In this document: piece by piece, positions 58,936-64,000 of the stretch | Layout of the letters: each line of letters begins with the position of its first letter | Position numbering within the stretch: the first letter of the stretch is position 1 | From: the human T2T-CHM13v2.0 reference genome, Homo sapiens | Reading direction: 5' to 3' (one strand) | Assembly (NCBI RefSeq): GCF_009914755.1 | Contig: NC_060938.1 | Length of the DNA: 64,000 nt | Notes under the pieces: model-generated | Seen by the model: only the letters and a program-made list of their open reading frames with translations | Databases searched by the model: none | Told to the model about the DNA's origin: nothing | Made by a program: the position numbers and the translations under genes

Positions 58936-61024
58936 GCCACTCAGAAGACACTCAGAAGCGATTTACCCCAACAACAACAACAACAAAAATTGTAATTGGT
59001 TAGCTTTTGATCAGAAATATTTGCATAAATAACCAAATCAGATTCGGGAAATTCAAGTCACTGTGTGGTTATAAAATCTACCAGCCTATAAACATATTTT
59101 ATCAATAAATTATGTTTCCTAAAACTCTTGGAATGCTTTTACAATTCTTAAATGATAAAATTATAGGTCCTATAAATTGAGGAACATGATTATAATAATT
59201 TTTCAAACTGTATTCTTGATTAACATAGTAAAAAAATGCATGTGGTAGTTCCTTTATAAAATCTATATACCTTAATATTTTCTACTAAATTTTAGAAAAT
59301 TATGTGGGAAAAAGTCGCCAATAAAGATACATAAACTTTCTCAAAGTGATCAAAATGTTAATATAGATATTACAAAGATTTCAAAATATCTAAAGAAAGT
59401 CATCTCATCTTACATTATTCACCATTGTGTCAAATTCCTTTCCTGAAACTACATTTCCTCATCAAAATAATGTTAGCACATAATTTTATTTTAGGAAGGT
59501 TTTAGCTCTAAAGGTAGAAACTTGTAGAACGTGGGATTTGCTGAGAGGTACCCATTTTCACTATTATAAAAGCTCTCTAAGACTACTGATGCATTACATT
59601 CATATATACATTATGTGTTATTATACATCAATAGATTATGGGGCAGATTTTAGAGACAATCTTTTACAAGGGATTCAAGAATAAATTCTAACATCATTAA
59701 TTATTCTTTTTGTTAAACCAAGTCATAGTCTGCCTCAGCTTGGTGTTGTAAAAATAGTTTTTACTGCTGATTTTGCATGAGTGTATTTTGTTTTTATGCA
59801 TATCCTGCTTCCAAGTTGTACTGATATTGATGAAAGTTCCACATGTGAAATCAGTTTAGAAAAAGAAACAGAAACCTACAATGCAGTGGATGATTTTAAA
59901 GGCATGATTTCAGATAAAAACAGTCCTTTTTTTTTAGCATTTCCTAAAATAGTTAAAGCAAAAGTACCTGAAATAAATTAACTCATTCACTTGCTTATAG
60001 TTTATATAAATGAATATCTATTCAACTAAGCTGTCCAACATTCAATCAAAATTAGAGCACAAATAAATCTTAAGGATTATAATTCAATTTTAGACACCAG
60101 CATTGCCATATTTAAACATAACATGAATACACTAGTCATGTCTTTATCAACAATGATAAAGCATGTTTTAAATTATAGAAACTCAGGTAGAGAAAATGTA
60201 CTTGAACCTAAAAACTCTGGTCTTCAATCAAGGTTGTATTTGGAGCACATGGACTCCTTAGATAGGTCTAGTGGTCTCTATTGTTAAGTGTTCTTATCAC
60301 TCAAAGGATGTTTGAAAATTTACTATCTGAAGGAATTAATTTATTCAAGCCATCAAAAATAGGAATAACTACTTTAAATATATGTTTACATCCGCATAGT
60401 AGAAAGATCATTGGTGCTAAAGGTAAGGCATTCTCTGGGAAATTTATATTAGAGAGATGTCATGTTTATTTATAGAGTATAGAACTTAACATCATGTTAT
60501 TTTCTCAAATGGTATAATTGTAGACAGCTTGTTAATAAAGCCTAGCCACCAAACAAGTACTGAAAATAGTACTTCAACATGGTATGCATCACAGTGATGT
60601 TTCATTGAAATAACATAGAACGAGATGCTTGTCAAGTCGAGGTTGCATGAGAAAACCCCAAAGGAAGTCAAAGAAGAGAAAGGTAACAAAATAAATGTCT
60701 TCAGGCGTGGTTGAATGGAAGAGGAGTCAAACTTTAGAAGGCTAGCAGGGTTTGGGAAATCTGGAGATAACAGTGCTATTATTTCCAGTAAGGTGTGTGA
60801 TATGAATGAGATACTCAGGCACAACCCAGTCTGCACAGCAAGAGATATGAGCAGGTAGAAAGGAGAAGGGATACTGCAGACTAGCAATGAAAAAGGCTTT
60901 CTAGTAAAAGGAAAAGAGAAAAATATTTTTTAAGTCTCTAAAAATGTGAATTTCCCGCTTTATATTTAACTTGTTAACCCAGCAATAAGATTTTTAAATT
61001 ATCAGACCTATTGTTGCAGAAATG

Positions 61025-61377
61025 CAAGTCAAAAATTCCATATTCAAAACCTTTGGAGTATGTGTTTCAGAAATTTTCAGATTTTAGAAAGGTTATATAG
61101 TATACATGCCATCTATTACATAACAAACTTAGCTGGATATTTGGCTATATTGTATAATCAAACACATTTCCTGGGCAAAACGTGATTATTCAAAGTCTGG
61201 TAAATAAAGAGTGTAAAGCTTTTTTCTATTTTTCTATTCAAGTCATTTCAGGTCAAATTTTGACACCACACTAGTTAACATCAAGTTTTGCTTATAAAAG
61301 TTACAAACAAAACATACCCACTGATTTTCAGAAGTTTTTAGATTTTACAATTGTGTTTAAGGTATTGAAGAGGTGTA
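61025..61377 (+). mobile_element. MER96B-like DNA transposon relic
   Basis: atgtgtttcagaaattttcagattttagaaagg...taatcaaacacattt...ttttcagaagtttttagatttt. Confidence 0.6.
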
Positions 61378-62757
61378 TTTTAAAATTTCATGACCTAAAC
61401 TACAATAACTAAAACAGCAGAAGGATGTACTCTACACTATTATATTACAAAAAGTATTCAATTCATGTAAATTAAACTTAACCTAATTTAAAATTGTATA
61501 TGAACAAAAATACTGAAAATATTTAGTCAGGAAAATGGAAGCCAGGGGCTATATTATTTTGGGAAGTATACAGGTGTGGTCAACCTGTGCACCCATAATA
61601 ATAAGGAAAGGGTGGTACAGGGGATGAAGGTTTCTGAATTATGCTAAGGGATGAGGGGCAGGGGGCCTCAGGAAATAGAAGATACTGGAGAGGATGAAAC
61701 AAGGATTTCTCCCCCATCCTTTCCAGAAGGAAAGCAGGTATCTGAGTGTGGAAAGCAAATTACAAGTGCTGCTTTATCACCCACTTCTCAGTCATCTAAA
61801 TAACTAAATGAGATTCAGCAGAGCATCTGACAAGTAGACCATGTATAATTTCAAGCCCCTTGCTAACTAGGTAACATCCTATCCTGCAATGAAAGAAAAG
61901 AAAGGGGAAAGAAAGGAAGATAGGCAGAAAAACAACATCTCTCAGTTGTTGCTTATGTCTAAATTACTTTAAGAAAAGAAAAATAATTATCTTACATCAG
62001 AGACCTAAAAATTAAAATGCAAATTCTTGTAAAAACATAATGAAGTGATAGAAAAACCTGGGCAAAAGACCAAATTAAATGTAGGCCCTTGCTTTGTTTC
62101 GGTGGGGAATTAAGTAAGGAGACCAAAAAGATTTAAAATATTATCATCAAGAGCAAAATGTAGGAAAATGAGACTAAGAACAAAAATAAATCAACAAACA
62201 CTTTTCAGGTGGCACAGCATTGTCCAGGGTTGGTGCTGATTACTTTTAACAGAATTGGACCAAAAGCAGACTATACGTAGAGATTTTTGGTCATTTACAG
62301 GCCAATTCATAATGCTCTGTTTGTATGATGTACATTTAAAAATAAACAAGAATAGCTGTATTCACATGTAGGTAAAAAAAATAAACATAAGTTAAAGAAT
62401 ATACAGCATGATCCTATTTTAATAAAAATATAAAAATGCATGTATATCTTTATATATAAAGATAAAAAATGTGTGCATTAAAACCCTAGTTATTAGTGGG
62501 ATTACCAATGGTTACTGTCTTCTTGTTAATATTGTTCCTAAGTGTTCCATAATGAATATGTATTATATCATAGAAGTTATGAAAGTTTCTAGTGAAGATT
62601 CCTTTCTTCAGGAACGTTTTAAGGGAGCTATCATTATTTTACACACTTTTCATTCTCAGCTAAACAGAACGCTATGGTTTTTCAGAAAACCATAGACTTG
62701 TAAGACAAAAGAAATCCATACTAGGCTTAATTATAGTTTTCTGGAAAATTTACTTAC

Positions 62758-62932
62758 AGTATACATCCACTCTGATTGACTTTATCGCTGGAGACCCCAA
62801 GCCATTCTCTGCTTTACAGTAATACCGGCCTCCTTGGTGTCGCTGAATATTTGTAATCCTCAAAGTCTCATTGAAGACACTTGAGTCTTGGAATCTGTCA
62901 GAGGCACTTCCTGCTGTTTTGGTCCACCTGAT
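62758..62932 (-). CDS. MDGA2: Internal coding exon of MDGA2 (175 bp, phase 0 to phase 1; C-terminal part of the first Ig domain, probably exon 3)
   Basis: Translates IRWTKTAGSASDRFQDSSVFNETLRITNIQRHQGGRYYCKAENGLGSPAIKSIRVDVY, with Ig C-strand W and F-strand G-x-Y-x-C, recognised as MDGA2. Acceptor ttgctcAG|ATC (AG at 62934-62933) and donor T|GTAAGT (62757-62752). Confidence 0.93.
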
Positions 62933-64000
62933 CTGAGCAAGCATCAACAAAGATTGTTACTTTAGGTTGGTTTTCCCACAGAGAAATCAAATAGCAATCA
63001 CTCATTTGAAGAGTTTGCATTTAGAGCTGCTACATTGCCTCTCCCATCAAATTATTGAAGAAAAAATTAATGTTTACAGACACGATTGAATTAAAAAATT
63101 TTTAATGTAATGTCATCATTGTACAGTGTGTGTAATTTGAATTCAATTGCATAGAATTCATCAATTGCCTAGTCAGTGTGGAGGGCAATATAAACTATAA
63201 CATAAAGGGAGTTAAATATCAGTAGTACATTGAAAATATAGATTAACTTTTCTTTTTGTTGGACATTTATATCTGTTTTTCATATTTTCCAAACCTTGTG
63301 AGATAATTTTACTTATTTTGTCCAAGTAGGTTCTCATTTTATTTTTGGACATGCCTCATTCTTTTATTTGAAATTTTCTATTTGATTTGAATAGTTTAGA
63401 CATAATACCATAATGGCTTATTAAGATTATGTATAATTTTAAACACCTGGTTGTTTAAGAGTTTGTTTTCCTTTGATGGCTTTGCTTAATAAGCCCACAA
63501 ATGATTTGTCTATTTTGATCATCAGTATTCACTTTACATCAATAATTATTTTAAAAAATAATGTAAACTTTTCAAGGAGAACATTTCTACTAAACTGCCA
63601 AAACATTTTGAATATCTAAAACATTTCATTATAAACAATACCATTATTTTAAACACAGCTGTCTACAACAGACTTCGTTTTTGCTGGCAATAATGACTGG
63701 TATTCAACTCAACTTTTGTGTATTTTAGTGTATAAAACCTGAATAAAAGCCACATACTCATACTGTAAAGTGATACAAAATAGAAAGTAAAAATAATTTG
63801 ATTTTATTTCCCTTTGTGCCCTGCTATATATTTTAGTTTGTTTTTAAGGTTGAGAAACAGCTGATAGAAATCCTCTGTTCAAACACATATGCTGTGACAT
63901 GGAAAATGAAACTAAATACTGAATCATCAAAACAGAAATCCTATAATATTGCCATTATATATACCTATTTTCATATGAAGTTAATTAAAATGTATGAGCT

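Noticed and set aside
60492-60887. 131-aa hydrophobic minus-strand ORF as a possible extra exon
   Set aside because: No Ig or other motif; composition reflects the purine-rich opposite strand.
62750-62950. 66-aa ORF as a standalone gene
   Set aside because: MLMLAQ and the terminal CK are intronic read-through; the real unit is the spliced exon 62758-62932.

Overview
Human/primate genomic DNA, AT-rich and repeat-dense. It is almost entirely one large intron of MDGA2, a GPI-anchored neuronal Ig/MAM protein on the minus strand; its only exon here is 175 bp at 62758-62932. The intron holds a full-length 6.17-kb L1PA3/4-type LINE-1 with a 19-bp TSD, intact ORF1, open ORF0 and disrupted ORF2. It also holds a TSD-flanked processed RPL13A pseudogene with an 82-nt internal deletion, truncated and 5'-inverted L1s, about 13 Alus, MaLR/ERV solo LTRs, DNA transposon relics and microsatellites. 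I found no evidence for a new biological system. The best oddities are insertion and mutation footprints (two twin-primed L1s at one target site, a 31-bp copy inside an (AT)n tract, a 117-bp duplication across an Alu junction, a perfected palindrome) and a few candidate regulatory motifs. Repeat subfamily names come from recalled consensus sequences and need RepeatMasker/Dfam confirmation.
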